From Macrostomum lignano (lineage: Eukaryota), in the NCBI GenBank assembly GCA_002269645.1, contig NIVC01000227.1:620001-684000 (forward strand): DNA of 64,000 bases. The letters run 5' to 3'. This document shows, piece by piece, positions 38,507 to 50,690 of the stretch (the first letter of the stretch is position 1; the number at the start of each line of letters is the position of its first letter). A program made the position numbers and the translations under genes. The notes under the pieces were generated by a model, which ran no database searches, was not told the DNA's origin, and worked only from the letters and a program-made list of their open reading frames with translations.

Positions 38507-39562
38507 CCGGAATTTCTGCATCATTCCCGGAATTTCTGCATCCTTCCCGGAATTTCTGCATCATTCCCGGAATTTCTGCATCATTCCCGGAAGTTCTGCA
38601 TCATTCCCGGAATTTCTGCATCATTCCCGGAATTTCTGCATCATTCCCAGAGTTTCTGCATCATTCCCGGAATTTCTGCATCATTCCCGGAATTTTTGCA
38701 TCATTCCCGGAATTTCTGCATCATTCCCGGAATTTCTGCATCATTCCCGGAATTTCTGCATCATTCCCGGAATTTCTGCATCATTCCCGGAATTTCTGCA
38801 TCATTCCCGGAATTTCTGCATCATTCCCGGAATTTCTGCATCATTCCCAGAGTTTCTGCATCATTCCCGGAATTTCTGCATCATTCCCGGAATTTCTGCA
38901 TCATTCCCAGAGTTTCTGCATCATTCCCGGAATTTCTGCATCATTCCCGGAATTTCTGCATCATTCCCGGAATTTCTGCATCATTCCCGGAATTTCTGCA
39001 TCATTCCCGGAATTTCTGCATCATTCCCGGAAGTTCTGCATCATTCCCGGAATTTCTGCATCATTCCCGGAATTTCTGCATCATTCCCAGAGTTTCTGCA
39101 TCATTCCCGGAATTTCTGCATCATTCCCGGAATTTTTGCATCATTCCCGGAATTTCTGCATCATTCCCGGAATTTCTGCATCATTCCCGGAATTTCTGCA
39201 TCATTCCCGGAATTTCTGCATCATTCCCGGAATTTCTGCATCATTCCCGGAATTTCTGCATCATTCCCGGAATTTCTGCATCATTCCCGGAATTTCTGCA
39301 TCATTCCCGGAATTTCTGCATCATTCCCGGAAGTTCTGCATCATTCCCGGAATTTCTGCATCATTCCCGGAATTTCTGCATCATTCCCAGAGTTTCTGCA
39401 TCATTCCCGGAATTTCTGCATCATTCCCGGAATTTCTGCATCATTCCCGGAATTTCTGCATCATTCCCGGAATTTCTGCATCATTCCCGGAATTTCTGCA
39501 TCATTCCCGGAATTTCTGCATCATTCCCGGAATTTCTGCATCATTCCCGGAATTTCTGCATC
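38507..39562. repeat. 20-bp minisatellite (tcattcccggaatttctgca)n, ~53 copies
   Basis: Directly visible. The 364- and 381-aa ORFs are repeat artefacts. Confidence 0.98.
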
Positions 39563-39924
39563 CTCTTCAATTCTTTTAGTTCTTACTTTATACACGCTCG
39601 TACAATGCAAGCGTACTTCCATAGTGACAAGTGAGGTGCCTGAATGAGGTCTACAGGAAGTGATAGAATACGAGCTAAACTACTAAAATTTATAAAGACG
39701 GCCAAGAGGAAGTTAAATTAACCGTCTAGTGACAAATCTTGTTTTATAGATTTACAAAAACTAATCAGACGTACAGCAAATTTGTACTTGAACAGCTGTA
39801 TACAACGCGTAATTTGAGATTTAGCCTGTAGGCCACTTGATGAACAAGTAAATCTGTTACACTTAAGGTGTCAGTAGGTCTAATAAGATTAAATATTAGT
39901 TGACGGAAGTTCCTTTACAGCTTG

Positions 39925-40340
39925 CCAGTGCCATTGCGAGAGGCGCCAGAATCAGTGCCATTGTGAGAGGCGCCAGAATCAGTGCCATTGTGAGAGGCAC
40001 CAGAAACAGTGCCATTGTGAGAGGCGCCAGAATCAGTGCCATTGGGAGAGGCACCAGAAACAGTGCCATTGAGAGAGGCGCCAGAATTAGTGCTATTGGG
40101 AGAGGCACCAGAATCAGTGCCATTGATAGAGGCACCAGAATCAGTGCCATTGGGAGAGGCACCAGAATCAGTGCCATTGGGAGAGGCACCAGAATCAGTG
40201 CCATTGGAGGCACCAGAATCAGTGCCATTGGAGGCACCAGAATCAGTGCCATGGAAGGCACCAGAATCAGTGACATTGGAGGCGCCAGAATCAGTGCCAT
40301 TGGAGGCACCAGAATTAGTGTCATTGGGAGAGGCGCCAGA
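39925..40340. repeat. 18-27-bp minisatellite (gaggcaccagaatcagtgccattg..)n
   Basis: Directly visible, with variable unit length. Confidence 0.92.
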
Positions 40341-40884
40341 ATTCATCGTTAAACAGTTCATCATAGTCAGCACACTTCTATTTAGTATCGAAATACATGC
40401 GATATAACGTTTTCCTAATCTTTCATATAGTCTCATGGGTGGGGTGGCTAGATAATCCCGAAGCAAAATAATTAACTAATTGAATTTGCTCCCAGATAGC
40501 AAGATTGATCCCCGTGTCACCATGTAGAGCTGGCATCATAACTATAGCATGTGGATAATGTTTCAATACGTACTGTATGTGCGCTCGAAGCGGCAGTTAT
40601 TAAAACCCAGAGATTTCCGTGGAGTAAAACAACTGATTGGTACGCCTGATATTCTTAGAAATGGGCTGCTCATTTTAGGAATTACCATAGACAAATTCGG
40701 TGGAGAAAAGTACAGTACGTCGATAGCTGTTCATGAGGTCAATAAGGGATTGACGATTAAGGGCGTCGACTTATACAAGTCGATCACTACAATACTGGTG
40801 TTTCTTGTAAAATTGCACACTACTATATGCCGTAGCGTCTACTATGAGTAGATTACTGATGCACCATTTTTTAAAATAGTAGAT

Positions 40885-41575
40885 TTGGCGCTACTTTTGT
40901 GTGTAGCTTTGGCGCCTCTTGTGAGTAGCTTTGGCGCCACTTTTGTGATTAGCTTTGGCGCCACTTTTGTGAGTAGCTTTGGCGCCTCTTGTGAGTAGCT
41001 TTGGCGCCACTTTTGTGATTAGCTTTGGCGCCACTTTTGTGATTAGCTTTGGCGCCACTTTTGTGAATAGCTTTGGCGCCACTTTTGTGAATAGCTTTGG
41101 CGCCACTTTGGTGATTAGCTTTGGCGCCACTTTTGTGAATAGCTTTGGCGCCACTTTTGTGATTAGCTTTGGCGCCACTTTTGTGATTAGCTTTGGCGCC
41201 ACTTTTGTGAATAGCTTTGGCGCCACTTTTGTGATTAGCTTTGGCGCCACTTTGGTGATTAGCTTTGGCGCCACTTTTGTGAATAGCTTTGGCGCCACTT
41301 TTGTGAGTAGCTTTTGCGCCTCTTGTGAGTAGCTTTGGCGCCACTTTTGTGTGTAGCTTTGGCGCCACTTTTGTGATTAGCTTTGGCGCCACTTTTGTGA
41401 ATAGCTTTGGCGCCACTTTTGTGAGTAGCTTTTGCGCCTCTTGTGAGTAGCTTTGGCGCCACTTTTGTGATTAGCTTTGGCGCCACTTTTGTGAGTAGCT
41501 TTGGCGCCTCTTGTAAGTAGCTTTGGCGCCACTTTTGAGTAGCTTTGGCGCCTCTTGTAAGTAGCTTTGGCGCCC
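40885..41575. repeat. 24/21-bp minisatellite (agctttggcgccacttttgtgatt)n
   Basis: About 29 copies, directly visible. Confidence 0.96.
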
Positions 41576-42992
41576 AAGCCTAAAATTTCTAATTGCTATA
41601 AACCCTCAGCTATATTTGAATGTTGCCTTCGAATACCTTAGGAATCCAGCAGTCATTAAGGAGTTCCTCTGAGTCAAGAGAAAATTCAAAAGAAAACACT
41701 CCCCAAGAAACACACTCAAGAGCGAAATGAAGAAAAAGTCGTGAGCAGAGAAGATGGAGCTCACTGAAATACTTTGTATTAGTAGGCGCAGGCTGGGTTT
41801 TTTCAAGCACACGGACTACTTTTCATGTTGAGTGCCTTCTTCCCAGTAACAATCCTACATTCAAGGTTCAAAGGGGGCTAATGAAGCACGCCGAACGTTG
41901 CAAGTAAAGTACACATATTATATATATATCCTAAAATTACTGCTTGGCACGAGTAGATGAGCCTACGTGCTCAAGTTTGTGTAAAATGAGGCAATGGAGG
42001 TATCACATGGCTTACATGACATGGCATGGATATGCAGTGTAGATGCAGATCGAACGGGCACACGCCTGTTCAAAAAAAATACTAAAGACAACAATCTTTA
42101 AAGGTGACAATTTTGCTTGCATTTATTATTACTATTATTATGATTATATCATGTTGAAACATATTACTATAACTCTAATACATGTTACACATTAGTCTGC
42201 AGCTGTATATATCAATATTTACGGTTTCTTCTACAAAGGGGATCGCGGTCGAACGCAATCCGCGCGGTGCTCAAATAGATTAAAGAAGACAGCGCGATTG
42301 ACGGTAAAGCCGTAGGGGGGGGGGCGATACAAAAGTGAAAATGAGTTCATATTTTATGCTTTGTACACCTATTTTACACCTGTTATAATTTTGTCTTCTG
42401 CTTTGGCGTTGGGCCCTATTTGTATGTACGAGCGCAGTCTGACTATGCCAATATGACCTATGTGAGAAAATAGAAAAACAAAAAAGAAAATAAGAAACGT
42501 TTCTTAAAACATTCTCTCGGATGTGCCTTTAAGAAAGGAGACAAATGGATGGATGGATCATGAATTATGAATTGCTATTTTTGCAGTGCAACTGAAAAAA
42601 GACGGAAAAATGGATTCGGCGCGAGATAGCAGTTATCCAGACTCCCAATCGTCGAAGTTAAAATTTTATTTCAATTTGTTTCAATTTCAATTTCAAAGCT
42701 TGTAGAGACTACGAGCAAGCAATTTAATCAAAGATAGCCATAAAACATGCATTTTGAGCCTCAATGCTAGTTGTCCATGCCATGGTAAAAATTGTGTCAA
42801 ACCGGCAGGCCATTTAATCCTTGGAGCAATCATTTAAGCACTGAAATCCATAGACAGCGCTGTCTATGCCGTTCCAATCTCAGTTTTTTAACATGTCAGA
42901 CGAAAGTGACCAAAGCCAGCACCATTTTTTAAGACATCGACGGAATCGCTGCCGAAGATGCCGGAAAGTAAAAACTTTTCTGTCGTGTGTTT

Positions 42993-43140
42993 CTTGCCCC
43001 GGGTGAACGTCTATGGTCTCAGTGTAAATTTAATTTATTTGCATCGAAATAGCAGTTGCACAGTGAAATAAACCATTTATTTGCACCGATGCAAATAAAT
43101 GAAATTTACACTGAGACCATAGACGTTCGCCCGGGGCAAG
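42993..43140. repeat. Hairpin: 54-bp inverted arms with a 40-bp loop, downstream of YR copy 2
   Basis: cttgccccgggtgaacgtctatggtctcagtgtaaattt.atttatttgcatcg, with its reverse complement at 43087-43140. Confidence 0.92.
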
Positions 43141-43496
43141 TGGGGGATACATGAAAAGGCCGAGCAAGATAGTGCTTAAATTTAATCCCCGCTTTGGCCC
43201 GGCCAGCTGCCTTTCTCCTCTGTGTATTTTCATTTCTTGGACTCCAAGAAATAATTTTCTATGGCTAAAAAACATTCTTTCAAATGAGTTGAGACTCCCA
43301 TCAGGCGTTTCTTGGAGGCCAAGAAATAATTGTCTATGGTAGAAACACAAAGATGCTGTTATACTTTTGAAACAAGACCGGTTTCACAACACTGAATAGC
43401 AACAAATGGGGATCGAAAGTGAAAAATCTAACAACGGGCAGTCTTGTATCAAGAGGGTGTCAGAGGGAGTCAGCGAAGGAAAGAGGATGAAACTAA

Positions 43497-44843
43497 TCAA
43501 AGTGGAACACCACTCTGTTGCTGTCTCCAAAAGCCTCCATCCAGAGGAGGCAAGGGCACTTGCACCTGCGTCGCAGTCACCCGAGACTCACTCACCGGTT
43601 GGCCGGTTGAGGAACCACTCAACAGTGCACTCGTGCGTTTCTCCATGGTCACCGAGGTACCGATGTACTTCTCCACTGCACTGGAGCTGTGGCCAGTCAC
43701 ACGGCAGATATCCGCCCGTTCCATACCAGCCTCGCGGAGACGGGTTGCGCAACTCTTACGGAGACTCTGATTCGAGTAGCGTCCAGTGTCAGAGGGAGCA
43801 ACCACGGCGTCCTTGACGACGGTTGCCAATGAATGACGTCCAATCGGTGCCCTTGTCAACCAGGCAGATCCAGGCTGGCCATTCCAGTTTCGATTCCATC
43901 CCAGAAACAGCGCCTCGTTGCACTCATTAGGACGCACAGAGACGTACTGCTTGTAGACGCACAAAATGCATTTTTGGTGATTCTCAGTGTGGAAAGCACG
44001 AACGACTTTGGGGTCCCTTCGTAGTCCTTGTAAGCCGCCCTGATGAGTTTTGGTCACGGCATTGTCCACATACTTCAGACACTCTTCATCGTCAACCGTC
44101 TCAAGCTTGATTTGGCGATCGAACAGCAGATCTCGTAACTCCTGGCCACCACGCAATGCAAAGTGTTCGCCAACGAGCCAAACAAGCGTGATCACCAGCA
44201 TCTTGGGTTCCTTCACTCCAAGCACACCTTCGATCTAAAGCTTCTCTTCAATAGACTCGGGGATCACATCTGCCTTCCGCAATCCTGCACCCTTTCCAGC
44301 CTTGGTCGAGATTTTCATGGCGGTATCTAGAGCACGTTTACTGTCGGCGAACTCTTTGTCAAGCCAGAAGCTCCAATTCTTATTGAACGTGTTTTGCCAG
44401 TGATACTGTAGCATTGAATACAGATCCTTCAGCGTCGACACAGAGTAGCGCTCACCATCTTTGTTCCGGGCCTCCATAACAAAAAATTTCAGCAGGTAAT
44501 TCAGGTCACATTTGCTAGCATCCTCCAGCTCAGCGAGAACCATAAGTGACGGGCCTTCACCCATCGCCCAGGCACGCTTCTTCTCGTCATGCCACTCGCG
44601 GAAGACGGAAAAGGCCCACTGCGCCTTTTTCTTGGTGGTCTTCGGCACGGTCTCTTCAATGTGTCTGGCAATTTCATTCTCTGAAAGTTGCTCGAACCGG
44701 CCGGTGAGAGCGGCTTCAATAGGTCCAGCGTTATCCCCGGGCTTCAGGATGAAATCCAGTAGGTCCGGCGAAATCTCCATATCCGGGGCTTCAACAACGA
44801 CAGCAGCAGAGATGTCACCCATATTCGGTACCAAGCTACACAC
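43497..44843 (-). pseudogene. Crypton-like tyrosine recombinase (DUF3504-type) with one in-frame TAG
   Basis: ORFs 44843-44235 and 44225-43497 are in the same frame. The TAG at 44235-37 sits where the family has Trp (EEKL*IEGVLG vs EE.LW..G.LG). Motifs: L.KFFVMEARNKDGERYS..TL, FALRGGQE, KTHQGGL, YSNQSLRKSCAT, TGHSS.AVEKY. Confidence 0.9.
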
Positions 44844-45720
44844 AACTGAAGCTTTTCTGATCTTACACAGAATATTCGGCTTTATAGAGCTTTATAGCCA
44901 ATAGTCTATGGCCGAGGCTTAGTCTCATTTCCTCCCGCTGGCTGCGGCAATTAAATATAATCCCCACTTGATTTCGTTGTCTATGGCCTAGAACGACTTC
45001 GGACTGCGCTTCTAGGCCTCGGCTTCGCCTTAGCCGTTCCTAGGCCAAAGAAACGAAATCAAGTGGAGATTATCTTATACGAGTGCTCCAAGGATTAAAT
45101 TGCCTGCCGGTTTGACACACTTTTTACCATAGACGACTAGCATTGAGGCTCAAAATGCATGTGTTTTTGCTATCTTGGATTAAATTGCTTGCTCGTAGTC
45201 TCTACTAGCTTGCAAAATGCTATAGTTTGTCGAGAAACTCCCTATGAAGCTAACCACCAGCATGGAATCAACCAGCATCACTTTGAATTTAACTTCTGTT
45301 CCCCGGCGAGCAGAGTTGAGAAACATAATTTTTCAAGTATTGGCGCGTCTGTGTAGAGTTTATACACTGGCTCGAGAAAGCAGGAAGTTTGCTCGAGCTC
45401 GCAGACAGGAAAACTGACGAGGCCACCGCTACATGCAGTGTGTGTTGAGTGCGTGCGTGTGCTTGCCGGCTGAGCAGACTCGTGTATACCGACTGACTTT
45501 CGGGCTGCACTATTGAAGCTAGTCTTTATAAAAACTGGTCATACACGCTCTCGTTAATCATTGGTGACGTAGTTCAAGAACTTCTTGCTCATGAACAACT
45601 AAAGTAAAATAATCCTTACACTCGATTTGCTTAGAAGATCGGATTTGTTTAGAGCGGATTTTACCTTATCGAATTTGTCTATGGGCAAATCCCCTACAGC
45701 GTTGTCTAGAGCATACCAAA

Positions 45721-46500
45721 GACAACTTGATAACTCAGGACCGGAAACGAGCCAATTCATGGTGAAAAAAGTATGAGGCTCGTTCAACCCCTACACTGCT
45801 GGTTGGGATTCTATTCACCAGCGTAGCTTGTGGAATGGCCTGCAGAGCAGGCCATAGACTATTTCAGCATATTTTTGACACAGCCGTAGCCTGCGATAGC
45901 AGGCGGATTAGCTTATACTCGTAGCAATAAAGGATAAACATGAAAGCAAAAAACAAGCTGGAGTGGGGTGCAGATGGACGGGTGGGTGGGTATAAATGAC
46001 ACAGTAAAATTGTGGGATTCATCAAATCAAGAAAGCTTGAAGCTACATGATAAAAGTCAAGTGCCAATTATTTAACGGAATCATCGATCAGCAGCTTTAT
46101 TTAGTGCAATAATTTCTAAGTATCGGACAGTGTTTGTCATGGCTGCTCAAGTGCATTTTGATCCGGATACCGACTCCGAACTAGAGGAGGAGGAAGGCTG
46201 GCTAACAGCGGATGAGGGTGAAGATGAAGAAGACGAGGACCTGCATCTCCAGCCAAATGAAGACGCCTTTAAGTATAAGATGGAAGGAAGCGTTGTGCGA
46301 AGGATGTGGTAAGAAGATGGCTGCCACTAACCTGGCACGCCACAGAAAGATCTGCCAAAACTGACCGGACCGGCCCGTGACGGGACGGCGCGCCTATGCC
46401 GCAAGGCGATAAAAAGGCGAGAAGAAGAAGAAGAAGAATGAAGACGCCGGAGGCTTGCCAAATGATTGGCTCGTTTCCGGTCCTGAGTTATCAAGTTGTC
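45721..46500. mobile_element. Cassette bounded by perfect 36-bp inverted repeats, containing an acidic exon-like fragment
   Basis: 45721-45756 is the exact reverse complement of 46465-46500. Inside, ATG 46139 to a GTAAG donor at 46309 encodes MAAQVHFDPDTDSELEEEEGW... Confidence 0.55.
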
Positions 46501-47253
46501 CTTGGAGCATACTAAATGCACTGCAGGTGATACGAGAAATATAAACAAGAATCGCCTGATACGAAGAGATTCTGTATGGCTCATCTCCTAGTATCAGGCG
46601 ATTCAATTTGTATGTAATCCACGGCATGTGCGACCCGAATATAATGCCTTATCTCCGCTAGCCATGTCTATGGCGTTGCTTTGTCTATGGTAGCGGAGTT
46701 ACGCTACTGATTATCTCCGCTCATTTAACACTGGGGGAATAGACGAGGCGCACGTAGGCAAAGTGGATCACATGACGTTCATTTATAAGAAAATCGAGAG
46801 TAGCCTTCGTCTACTTCAAGGTCAACTTTCGACGAAAGAAAGTACAAAACCACCCAGATAAGGAATTTTCAGTTTGATTAGAAACCAACCCCCTGGTATC
46901 CTGGAATGCTACGTTGTCAAGGGGAATTACACCTATGGCAGTGTACAATCTCTTCATTGAGTATTAACTATATCTCAGCGTTATTACACAACAATCTGTG
47001 ATTAAACTAAAGTACCTCAAGTACGACTTTAGTAGGACAGAAACTTTGTTTCTTAGAAAATATTTAATAGCTGGCTTATACAAAAATACACTACCGAGAT
47101 AGAAGTTTTCCGGGTTTTTGTCAGCACAAAATAACGTAATTGTATTTTCTGCATTAAGCCAGTCTTCAACCATTTTCTAAGAAACAAAGTTTCCCACCCC
47201 GCTAAAATCATCCTTGGACTCACTGAGTGCAACGCTTAAAAAACACTTGAAGG

Positions 47254-47880
47254 TCAGGCCAGGCCTCTCTGATGACCGCAGCAGCAACCGACGTTGAGTC
47301 GCCAGTTGCTGCGAATGAGCACGCCAGCCATGAAGGCGGACGGAGCCCCGACGCAGAAGCTGGCGATGGTTGACACTCCCAGCAGTGCCAGGGTGCCCGG
47401 ATCGCAGGCTGCCAGATTCCAGCTGGCCGTGATGTAGAACACGCTGAAGGTGCACGTGTTGAGCAGGATTAGACCGGCTGCTGACGCCAGCACGGACCGG
47501 ATCGCGGCTGTGCTGAGCAGGTGCTCAGGAGCTCGGTGCATCATCAGACAGTGGAAGGCCAGGTAGAGGCTTAAACAGGCATTAATCAAGCCCAAGCCGT
47601 GCTTGAACCGAGTGCAGCCGTCGATAATGTTCACCAGCTCGGTCCCGGCCGCTAGGCAGCCTTGCGCAGTCAGCAGGAAACCCGACGCGAGTGCCTTCAA
47701 CAGGTCCGGCGGCTTGGCTGCCTTGGCGTCGGACTGTTGCTTCTCCTGCTGCTGCTGTTGTTGCTGCTGCTGATGCTGAGAGCTGATAGCAACTGGCGTG
47801 GAAGCCGGAGCAACAGCCGATCTGCCTGAATGAGGCAGCTGCTGCAGGCTGCTTATGATAGTGCTCATTAGACTGCTCAT
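47254..47880 (-). CDS. Small four-transmembrane protein with N-terminal polyQ (possibly CD20/MS4A-like), ~208 aa
   Basis: Likely start is the ATG at 47880 (MSSLM). Four hydrophobic helices, a C-terminal CCC and GC-rich codon usage like the other genes. The family assignment is topology-based only. Confidence 0.65.
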   Translation of the reverse strand: MSSLMSTIISSLQQLPHSGRSAVAPASTPVAISSQHQQQQQQQQQEKQQSDAKAAKPPDLLKALASGFLLTAQGCLAAGTELVNIIDGCTRFKHGLGLINACLSLYLAFHCLMMHRAPEHLLSTAAIRSVLASAAGLILLNTCTFSVFYITASWNLAACDPGTLALLGVSTIASFCVGAPSAFMAGVLIRSNWRLNVGCCCGHQRGLA

Positions 47881-48269
47881 CGGGGTGGCGCAATGAATTG
47901 CGAGGAGGCAAATTCGAACCCTCCTTAAATTAGGCAGGCGCGGACAGTGCGAGGGAAGAGCTGGGAACCCACTGCTCAAGGGGATTGGCTTGGAGAGGCC
48001 AGAAATCCCCGGCCACGCAGAGCCAAGAGGAATTGAGCAGTTAAGTACCAATTGGAATGAAATTAACTGAAATGAACGTCATAACTAGATCGAGACATCG
48101 GCATTCACCAGCTGGTTACAAAAAGTTAAACTGATTATCTTGATCCTTGATTTTGTGCATTATCAGGAAAAACATATTTAAAAGCCTGTGCACCAGTGAA
48201 GTATGCGGTGGGTACATGCAAATATACGAGCTGGAAAGTCTCAGTTCTTATCTCGACAATAATTGATGT

Positions 48270-49025
48270 AGACACGTCCTGGGCCTCCCCACTAACTCTT
48301 GCGCACCCTCCCTTCCTCCCTTGCGCCCCCGTGATGACTCATGCTTATCACCCACCCCAATCCCCCGCGCACCCACCCCACCTTTCTATTGTTCGAAATC
48401 ACTCATGCGTGTGACAGTTTTATGACCCCTATCTCACCAAGCTTTTTCCCGCCCGTTACGCAATCCCCCCATCATAAATCATTTTTCTCCGCTGCAACTC
48501 ACCTAAATTTCTTGTCCAATCACAGCGCGGCTGGCGGATGACGTCATCAGGGTTGCTTGGTAGCGGAAGTCAAGGACAGGTCACGCTCACGTGATTGCGT
48601 GACGCGTGATCTCAGGGCTATAAATAGGAGCCCTCTTTGAGCCCAGTGGCAACCGTCGGCTCCGGGGGACTCAGTACTCGAACCGGAGCCTTCCTGCCAG
48701 CGCGATCCGCGAGTTCCGCCCGCATCCCACGACTCGTTCCCGCGTACTCCAATCATCCCCTCTGAAGTTCTACAAGCTAATCTCTCCCCCCCCCCTAGGA
48801 CCAAGCTAATTTCCCCTAAACACTTTGATTGCTCCCAGATCCAGATCCTCAGGATCTTCCCCATAGACATCCGCTAACTGTTCTCCCCTCCATCATTTGC
48901 GACCTCCCCTAACGTCCAACCCAATCCAAGACTTCTGGTCATCACGTTGAGGCGCTGACTGCAGCCGTCACCGTGACCACCTGACGACCACCGCGCCAAG
49001 CAGTCCTGCCGTGTCTGTTAAGGTA
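48270..49025 (+). promoter_or_regulatory. Pol II promoter-like module (AP-1, CCAAT, CRE, TATA, splice donor); possible LTR remnant
   Basis: TGACTCA at 48335, CCAAT near 48515, TGACGTCA at 48539, TATAAATA at 48619 and a GT donor at 49023. Confidence 0.4.
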
Positions 49026-50169
49026 TTTTCCTTTTTTGCGCTGTCCTTGTGTATGGTCAGCCAGGTCTCCACTCCTATAGCTTACCATCTTTAAATATTA
49101 ATTCTCAATCTATCACACTTTGATAATTAACCGATTTTTTGTGCCAAGTTCACAGGGCCAGAAATTTAGGGCAATAGCCATTCAAAACTGTTCGCTTCGG
49201 TCTATTTTCTCATCTGCCATAAATCGTGGCATGAAGTGCGAGTAGGGAGTGCACCTGTCGCGGGGCATGGGATAGAAGCTGAGGATCAGAGTGCAAAATC
49301 ACCGAGTATGAGCCAAATACATCCAAATAATCATAGCAGTAACAGTGTTTCTAAGTAAATCCCTGTAAGATTGCACCATGAGAGAGCTCTGGCACTTCCA
49401 AATCCCCTGCTGCATCGAATCCATCTAGGAGGAAAGACATTAGAATGGCGTTACCTATTATCTACCCTTGAGATCCTGGGGCTTAGGAGGGAATCTTAGT
49501 CTAATCTAAACCGCTCACCAGCTAAAAAGACTATGCAAAAGTGCACTGACTAGACTGTCCTTGTATGCCTCGCATAGAGTCCCTTAAACCAGCCATTTCT
49601 ACGAGCTACTGTAGCACACTTGGGGTCAAGAACCTTAGTCTGCTATAGACCGGGAGTTCCCGTTTCGTTAGTGGGAGTTCTTATCGGGTGTACTCCTGCA
49701 AAGATAACTGGTTAGCGGCCAAGCCTTTAGCGTATACCTTCAAACAACTCGGACCCGCTGTCTAGATAATGGGATCTTAGCTGGAACGTCAGCTACCGCA
49801 CCATCCAGAGGTGGACAAAGTCTAAGGGACGAGGCCTGGTGGCTGTACCTTTCAGCGTCAGAGCCCAGGTGTTGCACAAGTGTTTTCATGCAGCCCGGGT
49901 TACGTCATTATCACTTCTCCCTTTCTCGTGCGTCGCTTGCGAAGCCATTTCAGTATTTTCTTAAGTTGTTCGATTGTAAATTAGCGTAGCAGCTTCTAGG
50001 TGTTTCATTCGTGTCATTGAACTAAAACTTCTCTTAGCTTGATTGACTTTTTATCCACAGAGAAGGATTTAACAGCTGGCTTGGCTTGCAGTGTGTGGGA
50101 GAGTGCGGCTTGGAATTGCGAGCTGTCTTGACTCCATTGTCAATGGCCGAGTGCAGTTCTGTGGCAGTG

Positions 50170-50690
50170 GCTTTGATCGGCTTTATTGTCTATGGCCGAG
50201 TGCAGTTCTGTAGAAGTGGCTATATTGTCTATGGCCGAGTGCAGTTCTGTAGAAGTGGCTATATTGTCTATGGCCGAGTGCAGTTCTGTAGAAGTGGCTA
50301 TATTGTCTATGACCGAGTGCAGTTCTGTAGAAGTGGCTATATTGTCTATGACCGAGTGCAGTTCTGTAGAAGTGGCTATATTGTCTATGACCGAGTGCAG
50401 TTCTGTAGAAGTGGCTATATTGTCTATGGCCGAGTGCAGTTCTGTGGAAGTGGCTATATTGTCTATGACCGAGTGCAGTTCTGTAGAAGTGGCTATATTG
50501 TCTATGGCCAGTGCAGTTCTGTAGAAGTGGCTATATTGTCTATGGCCGAGTGCAGTTCTGTGGAAGTGGCTATATTGTCTATGACCGAGTGCAGTTCTGT
50601 AGAAGTGGCTATATTGTCTATGGCCGAGTGCAGTTCTGTAGAAGTGACTATATTGTCTATGACCGAGTGCAGTTCTGTAGAAGTGACTAG
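50170..50690. repeat. 39-bp minisatellite (attgtctatggccgagtgcagttctgtagaagtggctat)n, ~13 copies
   Basis: Directly visible. The unit contains GTCTATGG. Confidence 0.96.

Larger units (their letters stand above)
42696..45211 (-). mobile_element. Crypton-like YR element enclosed by ~130-bp inverted repeats
   Basis: 42696-42828 is a degenerate reverse complement of 45084-45211. The interval contains the YR ORF and hairpins at 42993-43140 and 44957-45073. Confidence 0.75.

Noticed and set aside
38485-39634. 364- and 381-aa ORFs (FPEFLHHSRNFCIIPGISAS)
   Set aside because: Artefacts of a 20-bp tandem repeat cycling through frames.
39896-41577. Repeat-derived ORFs (GTRISAI, APESVPL, KVAPKL)
   Set aside because: Open in most frames, with no signal peptide, unique domain or frame-specific constraint.
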